A DNA stretch of 64,000 nucleotides from the human T2T-CHM13v2.0 reference genome, Homo sapiens (GCF_009914755.1 NC_060929.1); one strand, 5' to 3'. Numbered from the stretch's first letter, positions 28,115-44,419 are shown. Numbers and translations are program-made. Notes: generated by a model from the letters alone, not told the origin.

Positions 28115-28438
28115 ACAAGCACCATCCTACAGCAACATAATGCCAACCACAAATGTGTGCAACGTATGTCATTTAACAATTTTTAGTAGACACATAAAGT
28201 ACACCAAAGTAGGTAAAATTAATTTAGTAATATCTTTTATCTGGTCCAGTAATCAACATATTATCATTTCAATATGTAATCAATATCATTTATTAATAAG
28301 ATATTTGCATTTTTGATATGAAATCTTTGAAATACAGTGTTTGTTTTAAGCTTTCAGTATATATCAATTTGGATTAATTAAATTTCGAGTGTCCAGTGCC
28401 CACATGTGGCTGGTGGCCACCAAATTGAGCAGTACAGC
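28115..28438. mobile_element. MER33 (hAT-Charlie)
   Basis: atcatttcaatatgtaatcaatat, aaatctttgaaatacagtgt, ccacatgtggctggtggccaccaaattgagcagtacag. Confidence 0.8.
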
Positions 28439-28540
28439 TCTAGCACATTTGAATTTACTTCCCAAGATGGAAACACTTGGAATAAAATCTTATATTTTAT
28501 ATCTATCTTTACTGTTTACTTTTCTAATGGCTCTTTTTGC

Positions 28541-28689
28541 TTTTCATTTATTTTTATTTTTTATTTTTTTCTAGAGATGAGGTCTTGATATGTTGCCCAG
28601 GCTGGTCTCAAACTCCTGGGCTCAAGCAATCCTCCTGCCTCAGCCGCCCCAAGTGCCAAGATTACAGGTGTGAGCCACCATGGCCAGCC
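28541..28689 (-). mobile_element. FLAM_C free left Alu monomer
   Basis: T tail followed by gagatgaggtcttgatatgttgcccaggctggtctcaaactcctgggctcaag...gccaccatggccagcc; no right arm. Confidence 0.85.
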
Positions 28690-28889
28690 CCATTACTTTC
28701 ATAGTCACTGAATTATAATCCCAATCAATTCTTGTTTTATTTTCCTTCAAGCTGGTAAAAGAAATTACTAGAATTACAACATTTTGATAGCAAGGTATGG
28801 ATTCCAGAAAAGACATTCAATTACTGATGATTATTGATATCATTTTAATTTAAAGCTTTCTTTTAATAGAATTTGTTGTCTTCAATTGT

Positions 28890-29180
28890 TTTGTCTGGGA
28901 TGAAAGTTATGTCTGCCACCTGCACATTATGTGAATGTAGGCAACTTATTTTGAATTTCTAAGTTTAGCTTCCTCATTCCTAAAATGAAGAAATAATATA
29001 TTTTTTTCTTTTTTTTTTAAGACAGAGTCTCACTCTGTTGCCAGGCTGGAGTGCACTGCGTCCGGCCAGAAATAATATTTTTTTCATAAGATTGTTCAGC
29101 AAATTTCATGAGGTCATGCTTATATACTTAGTACAGGGCCTGGCACATTATAAGAGCTTACTATACACAAATAAACATTC
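28890..29180 (+). mobile_element. MIR SINE interrupted by a mini-Alu
   Basis: ggcaacttattt..agcttcctcattcctaaaatg..then cttagtacagggcctggcacattataagagct. Confidence 0.65.
29001..29067 (-). mobile_element. Internally deleted mini-Alu with both termini
   Basis: Minus strand GGCCGGACGCAGTG joined to CACTCCAGCCTGGCAACAGAGTGAGACTCTGTCTT plus A tail; TSD agaaataatat at 28989-28999 and 29068-29078. Confidence 0.85.
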
Positions 29181-29391
29181 TTGTTTAACAGGCATTTTTC
29201 ATCAACTAGATAACATAAGCATTTTCTTTGACTTTTTCATTTACCATGAGATGCAGAAAGGATATTATAAAGTTATTTAATTTGCATATCTGATAAACAG
29301 AAAACACTTTATTCAAAGTATCCCTGTGCTCAAATAGCAAGGCCTCACAGGCCTTCTTTAACATAATTGACTCTCATTCAAACTACTCACA

Positions 29392-30543
<1,152 letters not shown>

Positions 30544-30943
30544 TCACATTTTTTCAACACTGATTTTTTCTTCCTGATTTATACAAGCCATTTAACTACA
30601 TAAGATTTTAAGGTAACTTTTGACCCATCAACAGCTGATTACAGGAATACCTCAGTTTATTATACCTCACTTTATAGTACTTCACAGATACTGTGTTTTT
30701 GTTTTTCCAAATTCAAGGTTTGTGGTGACCCTGCATTGAGAAAGTCTATCATTACAATTTTCCCAACAGCTTGTGCTGACTTTGTGTCTCTGCTTCACAT
30801 TTTGGTAATTCTTGCAATTTTGCAATATTTCATGCTTTTATATTACCATTATATCTGTTGTGATAATCTGTGCTCAGTGATCTTTGATATTACCCTTGTA
30901 ATTGAGGGTGCAACTGACCATGCCCATATAAAAAGGCAAACAA

Positions 30944-31142
30944 TTCTCTCTCTCTTTTTTCTTTTTTATTTTTTTTGTTCTTTAGAAATGGTGTTTAACT
31001 ATGTTGCCCAGGCTGGAATACAGTGGCTATTCACTGGCATGATCACAGAGTACTACAGCCTCAAACTCCTGGGCTCAAGCCATCCTCCCGCCTCAGCCCC
31101 TAGAATAGCTGAGATTACTGGAATTAGCAACCATGCTTGGCC
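30944..31142 (-). mobile_element. FAM (fossil Alu monomer) inserted in Tigger1
   Basis: Single monomer with the FAM/7SL-type segment cagtggctattcactggcatgatc; approximate TSD a(a/g)aag(g/a)caaac. Confidence 0.8.
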
Positions 31143-31351
31143 AGAAGACAAACTTAATAAATACGTATTGTGTGTGTTCTGACTCCTCCACTAAGGCTGT
31201 TCTCCCATCTCTATCCCTTTCTTTGGGTGTCCCTGTTCCCTGAGACACAACAATATTGAAAATAGGCCAATTAGTAACCACACAATTGCCTTTAAGTATT
31301 CAAGTAAAAGAAAGAGTTGCATGTCCCGCTCTCTAAATCAAAAGCTAGAAA

Positions 31352-32980
31352 ATGATTAAGCTTAGTGAGGAAGGCAGGTGGAAAACTGAGAAAGGCTGAA
31401 GGCTAGACCTCATCAGCCCAACAGTTAGCCAAGTTGTGAGTGCAATGAAAAGTTATTGAAGAAAATTAAAGATGCTACTCCAATGAACGTACAAATGATA
31501 AGAAAGTGAAATGGCCTTATATCTGATATAGAGAAAGTTTGAGTGGACTGGATAGAAGATTAAACCAGACACATTTCCTTAAAAACTACAGCTAATCTAC
31601 AGCAAGACCCTAACTCTCTTCACTTCTATGAAGGCTGAGAGAGGCAAGAAAACTGGAGAAGAATAATTTGAAGCTAGCAGAGGCTCGTTAAAGAGGTTTA
31701 AGGAAAGGTACCATCTCCATAACATAAAAGTGCAAGATGAAGCAACAAATACTGATGTAGAAAGAAGCTACAGCAAATTACCGAGAATATTTTGCTGAAA
31801 TAATTGATGAAGGTGACTACACTAAACAACAGACTTAAAATGGTGACAAAATTGCCTTCTATTAGAAGAAGATGCCATCTAGGACTTTTATAGCTAAAGA
31901 GGAGAAATCAATTCCTGGCTTCAAAGCTTCTAAGGACAGGCTAACTCTCTTGTTAGAAGCTAATGTGGCTGGTGACTTTAAATTGAAACCAATATACTAC
32001 TCATATAACACTCTGAAAATATTAGGGCCCTCAAGAGTTATGCTAAATTTACTCTGACTGTGCTTTATAAATAGCACAACAAAGCCTGAATAATAACACA
32101 TGTGTTTACAGCAGGGACTACCATATATTTTATGCTTACTGCCAAGGCCTACTGCTCAGAACAAATGAGTTGTTTCAAAATATTACTGGTGATTGATAAT
32201 GCAAAGGGTCACCATAGATATCTGATGGAGATGTACAAGAAGATTTACAGTGTTTTTTTGGGGGTGTGGGAGGGGGCGGTGCTCCTAGAACATCATCCAA
32301 TCTGCAGCCCATGGATCAAGTAGTAATTTTGGCTTTTGAGTCTTATGATTTAAGTAACACATTCTGTAATGGATCTGGGTAAAATAAATTGAAAACCTTC
32401 CGGAAAAGATTCGTCATTCTAGATGTCATTAAGAACATTCATGATTCAGGGGAGGAGGTCAAAATATCAACATTAACAGAAGTTTGGAAGAAGTTGATAC
32501 CAACCATCATGAATGACTGTGAGGAGTTCAAGACTTTAGTGGGGGAAAGTCACTACAGATGTGGTGGAAATAGAAGGAGAACTAAAATTAGAAGTGCGGC
32601 TTGAAGATGTGATGGAATTGCAATCTCGTGATAAAACTTTAATAGATAAAGAGGTATTTCTCATGGATGAACAAAGAAAGTGGTTTCTTGAGATGGAATC
32701 TACTCCCGGTGAAGATGCTGTCAATATGGTTGAAAAGATAACAAAGGAATTAGAATATGCCATAAACTTAGTTAATAGAGCAGCGACATGGTTTGAGAGG
32801 AGTGACTCCAATTTTGAAAGAAGTTATACTGTGGGTAAAATGCTACCAAACAGCATTGCATACTACAGAGAAATCTTTCATGAAAGGAGGAGTCAAGAGA
32901 TGTGGCAAGCCTTATTGTTGTCCTATTTTAAGAAATTGCCACAGCCCCCAGCCTTCAGCAGCTACCACCCTGATCAGTGA
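31352..32980 (+). pseudogene. Decayed Tigger1 transposase (CENP-B-type HTH plus DDE) and downstream ORF
   Basis: Starts atgattaagcttagtgaggaaggc; broken into ORFs 31872, 32102, 32389 and 32561 by stops and frameshifts. Confidence 0.85.
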
Positions 32981-33489
32981 GCACTCATGGAGGCAAGACC
33001 ATCCACAGCAAAACAATTACAACTCCCTGAAGGCTCAGATGTTAATTAGTAATCTTCAACAATAAAGATCTTTTAAATTAAGGTATATACTTTAAATATA
33101 TGTACACACATATATATAATGCTATTGCACACTTAATAGACTGCAGTATAGTGTAAGCATTTCTTCTACATGCACTGGAAAACCAAAGAGTTCATGTGAC
33201 TTGCTTATTCCAATATTCAGTTTACTCTGGTGGTCTGGAACTGGGTCCATAATATCTTTGAGATATAGCTGTATAATGTTAAGTACAATTTTGCTCTTGT
33301 GGATTTTACTAAAAGAGAAATAACTTTATTTAAAATACAGGTAAGTTCCCAATTAATCAAAATATCAATTAATTGGAATATTTTCCAAATTATGTTAGAG
33401 AGACGAGAGAGTGCAATTCCATCTATTTCATTTATATCTCATAAGGATGATTTCTGCAACTTTTTCTAATTTTGTTTTATCACCATTCC

Positions 33490-34050
33490 ACCCACTTACC
33501 AGATATATTCTCCATACAGCACCCAGCACCTTTTCAAAAACATAAATCAGATCCAATCATTTTTATATCAGAAAGCTTACATTATATTCAGAATGCAACC
33601 AAACTCCCTAAAAGGCACCACTGAGCAGATTCTGTTCTATTGAATATCCACACTGGCCTTTCTTTCCTTTGAAATCTTGATCCTCAGTTGATCACCTCTT
33701 CCTGGAATATTCTGCTCCCTCTTAATGTTCAGCACTTATTTTAAATGTCACCTCTTCAGAGTACTTTTCTCTGAACAAATTACCTAAAGAAACAATCTAA
33801 TTAAAAGCTTAGTTATCCTCTCTCTCATTCCGTCATTCTCTATCTTATTATTGTCTTCTACACGACTGCTCTCACAATCTGAGATGATCATATTTGTGTA
33901 TTTCTTGGTCTATTTAAGGTCCTCTCCTTCACCAATAAAATATGAATCCTTGTGGGGAAGGAGCACATCTATTCTATTCCCTAGTGAATCCCCATACTTA
34001 GGAAGGTGCCAGGCACATAATACTTGTTCAATAATTTTTTTTGAAAAATT
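33490..34050 (+). mobile_element. L2 3' region
   Basis: aaaacataaatcagatc, ccacactggccttt, aaatgtcacctcttcagag, gtgccaggcacataatacttgttcaataa. Confidence 0.7.
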
Positions 34051-35499
34051 AACAAATTTCATACAAGAGAAAATATTTGGCCTTGCTTTATATCTTTTTG
34101 AGTCCCTTTACTCTAATTCTAGTAGGCTTAACCTGAAAAGTGTATCACAATGGATCTGCATAATGGAGGAAAATTTCAGGTAAATATAATCATCCATACA
34201 GTTTATTTTTCCTTAAACCTAGCAAATATCCAGCTAAAAATGTAAGGCAGCTTAATTTTTCTTTGCCCTTCTTTGTGCATAATTTTTTTTTAGGCATTTG
34301 TGGGGAGGTTCAAAGACTTATGCTAAAATAGAATTTAGATCTCCCACAGCTGACTTTCAAAATTAAATTATAACTCATTAACACTGTATTGTTTTTGCTA
34401 ATTACCAATTGCTACTTCTTTATGAAATATAACAGTAAATTTAAGGCATAACATCAAATTTACATATATAAACACATTTTTGGCATACAAAAGAAGGTAG
34501 AGAGAAAAGAATACTGATGAAGTGAAAAATGTTTTCCTTAAAAAAATGAGAGAATTATAAGCTTACATGCTACTGTGGGAGAATTACAAGGCTCAAAATA
34601 TTTACCAAATACAATGCTAAACTGTGTAGTCTTTAGAATATCTGTCCTCAAAAGCAAAATCACTCTTAGTCATCGACAGCCCTATAAATCGGACTTAGAA
34701 ATAAAAAGATGCCACATTCGTTTACCATGTTGTAACAGACAATATAGTAAAAACTCTCTTGGGGCAAGAGGGTCTCTCTTTGTCCTTTTTTGTTTTCCTA
34801 AATTGTATTTGATAAGACATTCATGGGGTGCTAACCACAGTGCCAAGGAAAAGATCAGCAAAAGGTTTATATACAAAGCTTTTCTTCCCTTTGTGTATAT
34901 AAATTGAAGGAAAGAACTAATCATTCAAGCATTCATTTCAATCATATGAAAAGAATAGGTTAGGAGGATAAACAGTGATTAATGAGAATGCCATCAGCCA
35001 AGAAAGTAAAGGTTTCATTATAATATGAAATTGCTGAAAACTTGCAAAATAAAAGTGCATCTCTAAAGAAAAATATATTTTGTCAGTGCACGTGAACATG
35101 CTATAAATTTATCTTAAAAGTAGATCCCACAGTATGTTTCCTGAAAGCTATGCATACAGATCATAGATATTCATGGAATATTTATTAAAATCAGATTTTA
35201 GAAAACTCACACAGTAAAAATTATTTTTCTGTTTTTACTTGGGTTAGTTAAGGTGATTATCCTTTAATCTTCCAACCCAGGATTCAGGCATCCTGAAGAC
35301 TTAACTATAGGTTCTATTTGCAATCACAGAGCCAAGGACAACACACTTGGTCTTTGTTTTACTGAAGTTCTTAGGGGTCTCACTATGGGGATATTTATTG
35401 ATTCATACCCTTCCATTATTTCAAACACAGAACACCTTTGGAGGGCATTAACAATTAATCTAAATTTTTGCAGTACTCTTCAGAGGCATTTTGAACTGT

Positions 35500-35700
35500 A
35501 GCAATGCAGTACAGTGGCTAAGCACATACGATTCACAGTCACACAAACTGAAACTGGAATCACAGCTCTGCTGCAAAACAGCTGTATTATTTTGTTTAGG
35601 ATCATTAAGTTGTCAGTTGTTTCAATAAAAAATGGGGTTAATACCTGAACCTAATCTGAAGTTTGTTGAAGGCATTCAAAAGATCAAGTATTTGAGGTAG
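35500..35700 (+). mobile_element. MIR SINE
   Basis: gcaatgcagtacagtggctaagcac..gaatcacagctctgc..aaaatggggttaatacct. Confidence 0.6.
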
Positions 35701-36296
35701 TGAGGACATCTGTCATAAAGAAAGAATTCCATAAATGGTAGCTTTTCCAAAGGAAAAATTAACCATTGAAGTATAGCAAAAATGGAGAGATGTACAAAAA
35801 TATACATGTAAGCTTGATGAATTTTCACAGAAGACATTCATTAATATTTTATCCTTGCTGGTATTGCCATATCTGTTGTTGTAATTCATAGGAATGGCTT
35901 GTAGATTATATGCTCTTTTGTGGCTGGCTTCTTTCATTGACCATGATGCTTGTGATACATGTTCCTGTTGTTCCAAGTAGTGATAGCTGGGGTTTTTTAA
36001 TTCTCACTATTATATAATATTCATTTGTATGTTTACATGACCATTTTATTGTTCATTATACTATTAATGGAACTTTTATTTTCTGTTCCAATTGCTCATG
36101 ACAAATGGTAAGTTGTCTATGGTATATAGTACTTGAAGACAAGATACAACCTGTTCTTTGCCACATCTCATATAGCTGCCTATTCCTATCTATTCTCACT
36201 GCCCTCACACCAACATAAATTCTTTCCTATTTTCCTTGCCTCCAGCCTCTCTGTGTTCAAATTTATTCTGAGTATAACTGTCTTAGTTCTTCTCCG

Positions 36297-36545
36297 TGTA
36301 GGTGAATAATGTCTACACATGGACATAAGGTATAAAATAATAGACATTGGAGACTTGGAAGGGTGGGAGGTTGGGAGGGGGGTGAGGAGTGAGAAATTCT
36401 TTAATGTGTAAAATGTACACCATTAAAGTGATAGCTACACCAAGAGCCCAGACTTCACCACTATGCAATATACCCAGGTAACAAAACTGCCCTCGTGCCC
36501 TCTAAATCTCTACAAATAAATAATAATAATAATAATAATAATAAT
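36297..36545 (+). mobile_element. L1PB4-like 3' end with (AAT)n tail
   Basis: tacacatggacata..aatagacattggagacttggaaggg..agcccagacttcaccactatgcaata. Confidence 0.88.
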
Positions 36546-36604
36546 TGAGGGCTATGTTTAAATTGAATATAAAGAACAATGCTGTAAAAAGCATACAAAT
36601 CAAT

Positions 36605-36730
36605 ATTGCCATTTTACAAATGAAAAAACTGAGGCTCAGTTAGGTTAGGCCACTGGCCCAATTCTTCAGATCTAGTAAGACACAGAACAGAAGCCCGAAC
36701 CAATGCCTGCTGGCTCCAGAAGCTGTAATC
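36605..36730 (-). mobile_element. MIR SINE core
   Basis: ccattttacaaatgaaaaaactgaggctcag. Confidence 0.7.
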
Positions 36731-37204
36731 TTTTCAGTTTTATGAAGCTAATATTATCTGAATTAGGTATATCTTGCTTTCTGCTTGTTCCAGAAAGTGT
36801 TGCCTTCAGTCCTGCCTCATTGCTTTTTCCAGTGAGGTGCCCCTTGCTTAGCATGCCTCTCATCATCAGAGAACTCATCCCTGATTTTGTCATGACCTGT
36901 CACGAAGTCCTTCTGGACCACTCTGCCCCAATGGGTCTCTGTCTGTGGCTTGTCTTCCTCAGAAGAATGGGTTTTAAATATTCTCCTAAATCCTGTTCTG
37001 TTTATAAGCTTGGACTTCATGCGTGGCTGTGATAGAGCTGAACAGTCAGTGATAGATTTCTAAGTCTTTCTTGTTTTTACAATATTGGCTTGGCCTTCAT
37101 ATACAGAAACTTTGAACCACACTTACTATTCTGAGTTATAATGCAACAACGCTGACTCAAAACTCTTATGACTCTCACCTTCCCATTTTTTAAGCCCACA
37201 GTAA

Positions 37205-37965
37205 TGATACGGAAGTGGGGCAGGGAGGTGCTGGGAAGGGAAGGGCAGGTCCCTGGTGAGGGCTCCACCCCCTGGGCCTGTGCCTATGGACCTAGGTGAG
37301 AACAGGCACTCCTGCCTTAGCACACAAATGTTGCATTTCCCAAGAACACCCTGGCCTGCCACACCCCCATCCTGTGCCTCTAAAACCCGTGGAGATCCTA
37401 GCAGGCAGACACACAGGTGGCTCAATGTTGAGAGCAGTGCACCAATAGGCACCTGCACCATGGCAGGCCACCGACTGGCTGACAGAAGCAGAATGAGCGG
37501 AGTTTGGCTAGGGCAGTTGGAGGAGAGCCCAGGCCACTGAGCACCCCAACTCCAGGGGGACACCTTCCCATTCCATCCCCTTCTGACTTCCCCGGAGGTA
37601 CCTCCACTCAATAAGACCTTGCACTCATTCTCTAAGCCCAAGTGTGATCTGATTCTTCTGGTACACCAAGGCAGGAACCAAGGATACAGAAAGCCTCTGT
37701 CTTTGTGACAAGGTAGAGGGTCTAAATGAGCTGGTTAACACAAGCTGCCTACAGACAGCAAACTAAAAGAGCACCCTGTAACACACGCCCACTGGGGCTT
37801 CAGGAGCTGTAAACATTCACCCCTAGACACTGTTGTGGTGTCAGAGCCCCACAGCCTGCCCGTCTGCATGCTCTCTTAGAAGTTTGAGCAGTGGGGCACT
37901 GAAGAAGTGAGCCACACTCTCATCGCATGCCCTGCGAGGGGTACAAGGGAACTTTTCCCCCTTCA
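37205..37965 (+). mobile_element. Complete ERV1 solo LTR, LTR1 family
   Basis: TG...CA termini (tgatacgg...cccttca), 761 bp, perfect 4-bp TSD gtaa at 37201-37204 and 37966-37969. Confidence 0.85.
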
Positions 37966-38785
37966 GTAACAGTAATAATATACTGTATTATCAATTTGGG
38001 AAAGATAGGTATAGAAATGTAAGCAGTTGATTATTCATTTAAATCGTAACAAACTTCAATATTTATCCCTAATGGAAAAAATCCAATCCTTCATTTCCAG
38101 TGTTTTACGTTTATTTTGACAATTACACAGCCCCGTGGGCCACTATTTAACAATGAAAACGCTAACCTATCAGTATAATAAGTGGTTAGTCTCTTATTCA
38201 CTTTGCCCACAGAATGAAAATTTAACTTGCAATTGCATTAAGAGGTAGCAACCAAGTTAATTGTTAATAACTTGAGTTATTACATTAAGTATAATTTGTT
38301 ATGGCAATTTGAAAGCAAAGCAGCACTATGACAACTTAGAGGTGAGATCTGGAAAGTTGTTTGCATACAATTATTAAATGCATTATTCTTTTAGCCAATC
38401 TATTTTGGTTGGGGTAATTATTATTAATAATAAAGTGACATAGTGACTAAAATAACATATCTCACTGGTTAAGGCAAAAGCATACATAATTTCTGACTGT
38501 CTGAATGGTACTTTTTGGCTAGACTAGTGTTCATGCATGCTTTAGCTTATTCCTTAATTATTAAAAGTTATATAATTTCTCACAGTTAATTCATAATACT
38601 TTGGATTTTAACATAGAAATGTCAACAGTCATAAGACTATTTATATACTAGAAAAAGATTTATCAAAATTTAGTATCTACAGAGCAGAAATTCATTATGT
38701 GCTAGCGTTTCCTCTCATTGACCCATAGAATAGGCAATATAGAAATTAAAATGTCATAGTCACACTTTCGTATTTAAGAATCCAG

Positions 38786-39165
<380 letters not shown>

Positions 39166-39181
39166 TTATAAAAAAAAGTCG

Positions 39182-39328
39182 AGCATTAGGAGATATACCT
39201 AATGTAAATGACGAGTTAATGGGTACAGCACACCAACATGGCACATGTATACGTATGTAACAAACCTGCACATTGTGCACATGTACCCTAGAACTTCAAG
39301 TATAATTTAAAAAATGAAAAAAAAAAAA
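39182..39328 (+). mobile_element. Tiny L1PA (PA5/6-like) 3' end
   Basis: agcattaggagatatacctaatgtaaatgacgagtt...gtaccctagaactt; TSD aa(a/g)aagt(c/t)gag. Confidence 0.9.
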
Positions 39329-40496
39329 CAAGAAGTTGAGATTTTAAAGGAATTAGAAATGGGATGAATCAGATACACAGTTCACAGAGATTTGGAGCAG
39401 AAGACAGGGAACCATGGTAGGGCCTCAAACACAGAAGATGAGCATCAACATTACTTAAGTAAGCTACAGGAAAGACTTCGGAGACCAGAATTAAGCAGAA
39501 ACTTAGTTACTAGAATCAATGTTCTTTGCTAGGTCCAGCATTCAGGAGCTAAGACAATATGAAGCTATTGGATGAAGCCAGCATGAGACACACTGCCTTA
39601 CCCACTGCTCTAGACGTGAAGACTGGCAGTGGCATAACAGGGGGCTTTAGGGGCTTTTCTGACTGCACTATTTTTGGATATTTTTCTCTTTGGCTTGCAA
39701 TTATGCCATAAAGCCAGGTATTAGGCAGAGGCTCTGTGGGAAAGGAGACGTGGTTCAGTTCAAAGTTTCCTCTCAGACAGATGAACACCGCAGTTATTAA
39801 AAATCTTCTTTCAATCTTTACCCCAGCCATTACTGTATCTACCAAAGCAATCCCTTCCAAAGACTTCAACTCACCCAAAGATCACTTAGCTCTGAATCCG
39901 TGGATTCTGACTACTTTTCCTAAAATTCAGAAAAGCAACTGTTTTCAGGTTTTTAAAAAAGTACCTCTTTTCATGAATCACTTAAAACAAGAACTGCCTT
40001 GTGATGAGCGTGAGATTCAGAGATCTAGCCCTAGCCAGGGCTCAATTTTCTTGTACTTACCTTTGAATCAAACTGATCTCATGCCTAGAGAGTGACCTGA
40101 GTGCTACCTGAATATAATATAGGAAAGCAATCCGTGTATCAACGGAAAACATACATAAATTATAGCACACCCTTCAGCGTGTCCTCATTCTCATTCTATA
40201 GGAGTCATAAGGACTTGTGTAAATGGAATATTTTTAAATTCCCAAGAAAATAAAAAAGTTTGATTTCTAATGCTTTAAATGTGCTGAATTAAGCAAGTAT
40301 TTTAAAGAAACCAATTCAGAAACTTTTTAAAAATCCAAATTCACGTAATTTAAGTAAATCTTTGGCAAATTCGTTAACAAATTTGGTTCAATAAAACTAC
40401 CGTTATCTTCTCAGTTCTATCAGTGTCAAATATAATACAAGCTTTTTTTACCATCCTATTTTTTTTCTTTAGTTTGGGAACCACTTCTTGAACACA

Positions 40497-41198
40497 TTTT
40501 TTAAAAAAATTGATACATTACAATTTTGTGTATTTATGGAGTTCAAGTTGATATTTTGATACATATATATGTTGCATAATGATCAATTCAAGGTATTTAG
40601 CATGACCATCTCCTCACACATTTATCATTTCTTTGTGTTGAAGACATTCAGAAGCCTGTCTTGTAGCTACTTGGTAATATACAATACCTTACAGTTAACC
40701 CATCATCACTCTACTATGCAGAATAACACCAGAAATTATTCCTCGTATCTAATTGTAACTTTGTGCCTGTGGACTAAACTCTCCCCATGCTCTCCTCTTC
40801 CCTCCTCTCTTCGGTCTCTGGAAACCACTGTTCCATTCTATGCTTCTAGGATATTAACTTTTTTTTTCTTTTTCTGGATTCCACATATGAGTGAGATCAT
40901 GAGACATTTGTCTTTCTTCATCTGGCTTATTTAAGATAATATTTTGCAAGTCCATCCATGTTTGCCTCAAATGACAAGATTTTATGAGTTTTATGGCTAA
41001 ATAGAATTCAGTTGTGTATATATACCACATTTTCTTTCTCCATTCATTCATTTTTGGGCACTTGGGTTGATTATGTATCTTGGCTATTGTAAATACTGAT
41101 GCAATAAATGTGGGAGTGACCTCACTTTGCCATACTGAATTCACACCCAGTAGTGAGAGTGCTGGATTATGTGGTAGTTCCATTTTTAATTTTTTGAG
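40497..41198 (-). mobile_element. L1MA (MA3/MA4-like) 3' region
   Basis: tatttatggagttcaag..catttatcatttctttgtgttgaagacattc; ORF 40854..41183 resembles the ORF2 C-terminus. Confidence 0.85.
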
Positions 41199-41477
41199 AC
41201 AGGTTCATGGGTATGCTTTTCTAAATGTATATAGGCTTTCTGATAAAAATAAGTTAAATAATTCCTAATGTTTTAAGATCATAAAACATGTAAGTTTGTT
41301 TTTAACTAAATTAATTTTGACAAACTATTTCAATAGTAACTATATTTTATAGTACGTTAGCTTGAACATAATTTCTAAAGCCTTTAAGTAACTTAAAACC
41401 TTGAACAAATATTAAATTAATTGAAAATCATTAGATGCTTATTACTTCTTAGTAAGACTAGAATACTAAGACATTAA

Positions 41478-41832
<355 letters not shown>

Positions 41833-42308
41833 TTCTCTAATTTTTATATGCTGCAAAGAAGCATCTTTGGATCTATTACAGAATAATTGGCTCTTCAATT
41901 ATGAAAGAGCTAAGATTATTTATGATTACATTACCTTCTATTTTGAAGTACTTTATTTTCCCTTTCAAATGTGTTGTCAATTATCATTTATTTGGTATTT
42001 ATGGTTCTGAGCTAAATTTTCAAGTTTCCTAACAAATTTGATTTTGGCTTTCCAGTTCAAATCTTTAATATAAAATGGAATAAAATAAAATTTTCAGAAT
42101 ATCTCTTACACCTAAAACTGTCTTTGAGATTTCCCAACCGTACCTTGAAACATCATACAGTTTAATTTTTTCACCTTATAAAAAGAAAAGCTCTAGGAAT
42201 AATTAGTGTGTTTGATATATTATGATTTATGAGTTTCATTGAAAGAATTGTCAAATAAACACACTGCTCAGCCTTCCAATTGTTAAATTTTTATCATTAA
42301 AATAACTA

Positions 42309-42994
<686 letters not shown>

Positions 42995-43175
42995 CTTCAG
43001 AGATGGCATGTTTTATGGGAAGTCTACAGTTATTAGTCAATGCCTTTTCTTTCCATATGTCATAACCTCAGAAACACTGAAATAAATAGCAAGCAATAGT
43101 TCTGCCAAGTTTTCCTATGTTTATATATAGGTATATACATGTGATTGGCCTGATGACATTAGGCAACAACAGTAA

Positions 43176-43523
<348 letters not shown>

Positions 43524-44419
43524 ATAGCCTCATTTCTTTAATTTGGATCTAGCGTCATCTAGGCCAATACTTTACATTTGATGATACACATCAATATTAA
43601 CAATGGAGTTGGTTTTGTTTTGTCTTTTGTTAAAAATGCAGATAATTAGAATTTACATCAAACTTACTAAACTTCTTGATAGTATCATGTATGCTTGACA
43701 TATATTCTTACTAAGGGCTTGGTATATTCTTGGGATATGGTAATATATTGTTTTAAGATTATTATAGTTACATCTCAAAATATTTTTCTTCATAAAAATT
43801 GTTTATTCATTTTTACGAAATAAAATATTCACTGTATTCTTGGAAAATATCTTTAATCATTATGCTTACAGGCATTTTGTCAAAACCTTTTTTGGTTTAA
43901 CCTTATTTTCTTCTTTATTTCACAAGCCACAGCATCAATCTAATTTCCTTGTCAGTTGCATTATTCTTGTCATGAACTCTCATCAGACTTTTCACTTTTG
44001 AAAATTATCAGTAATAAATTTACCACAGCCATTTTCTATCTCTGTCTTCTACAGGTAGGTTTTGTTTTATTCTAATCTTTCCCCAAATGTTCTATAATCA
44101 GCTACAGGCTAGAGTTTTTCTGGTACTCAAAGAAGGACTGTCTTAGATCCCTGTGAAAAAGGGGTATAACAGTTATTTCCAACAACTGTTTCATTGAAAA
44201 CTAGATTTTTGAGTATAGGCTTCCAATATCTGATGGCATCCCTTAGACAACTTTAATACCATATGGGGGTACTGAGTAAGAATTTTCTGCAGTTGAAAAG
44301 CAGAGAGGTTCATGAGACTGCTAACCCAAGACCCAGTGGAACCAGAATTAATTATATGGGATTGAATAAATTGATGATGGATGACTATAGCTTTATTTTT
44401 CATATTGCTGACATTTTAA

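Larger units (their letters stand above)
30642..33271 (+). mobile_element. Tigger1 (pogo-like DNA transposon), near full length
   Basis: TA|caggaatacctc ... gagatatagctg|TA termini; transposase peptides [28 protein letters not shown] and FKILLVIDNA. Confidence 0.95.

Noticed and set aside
32561-32980. 139-aa ORF as a possible domesticated gene
   Set aside because: Lies within Tigger1 and corresponds to its known internal ORF; neighbouring frames are disrupted.
36672-37641. Cluster of overlapping ORFs on both strands
   Set aside because: Explained by higher GC and the LTR1 sequence; no domain similarity recognised.
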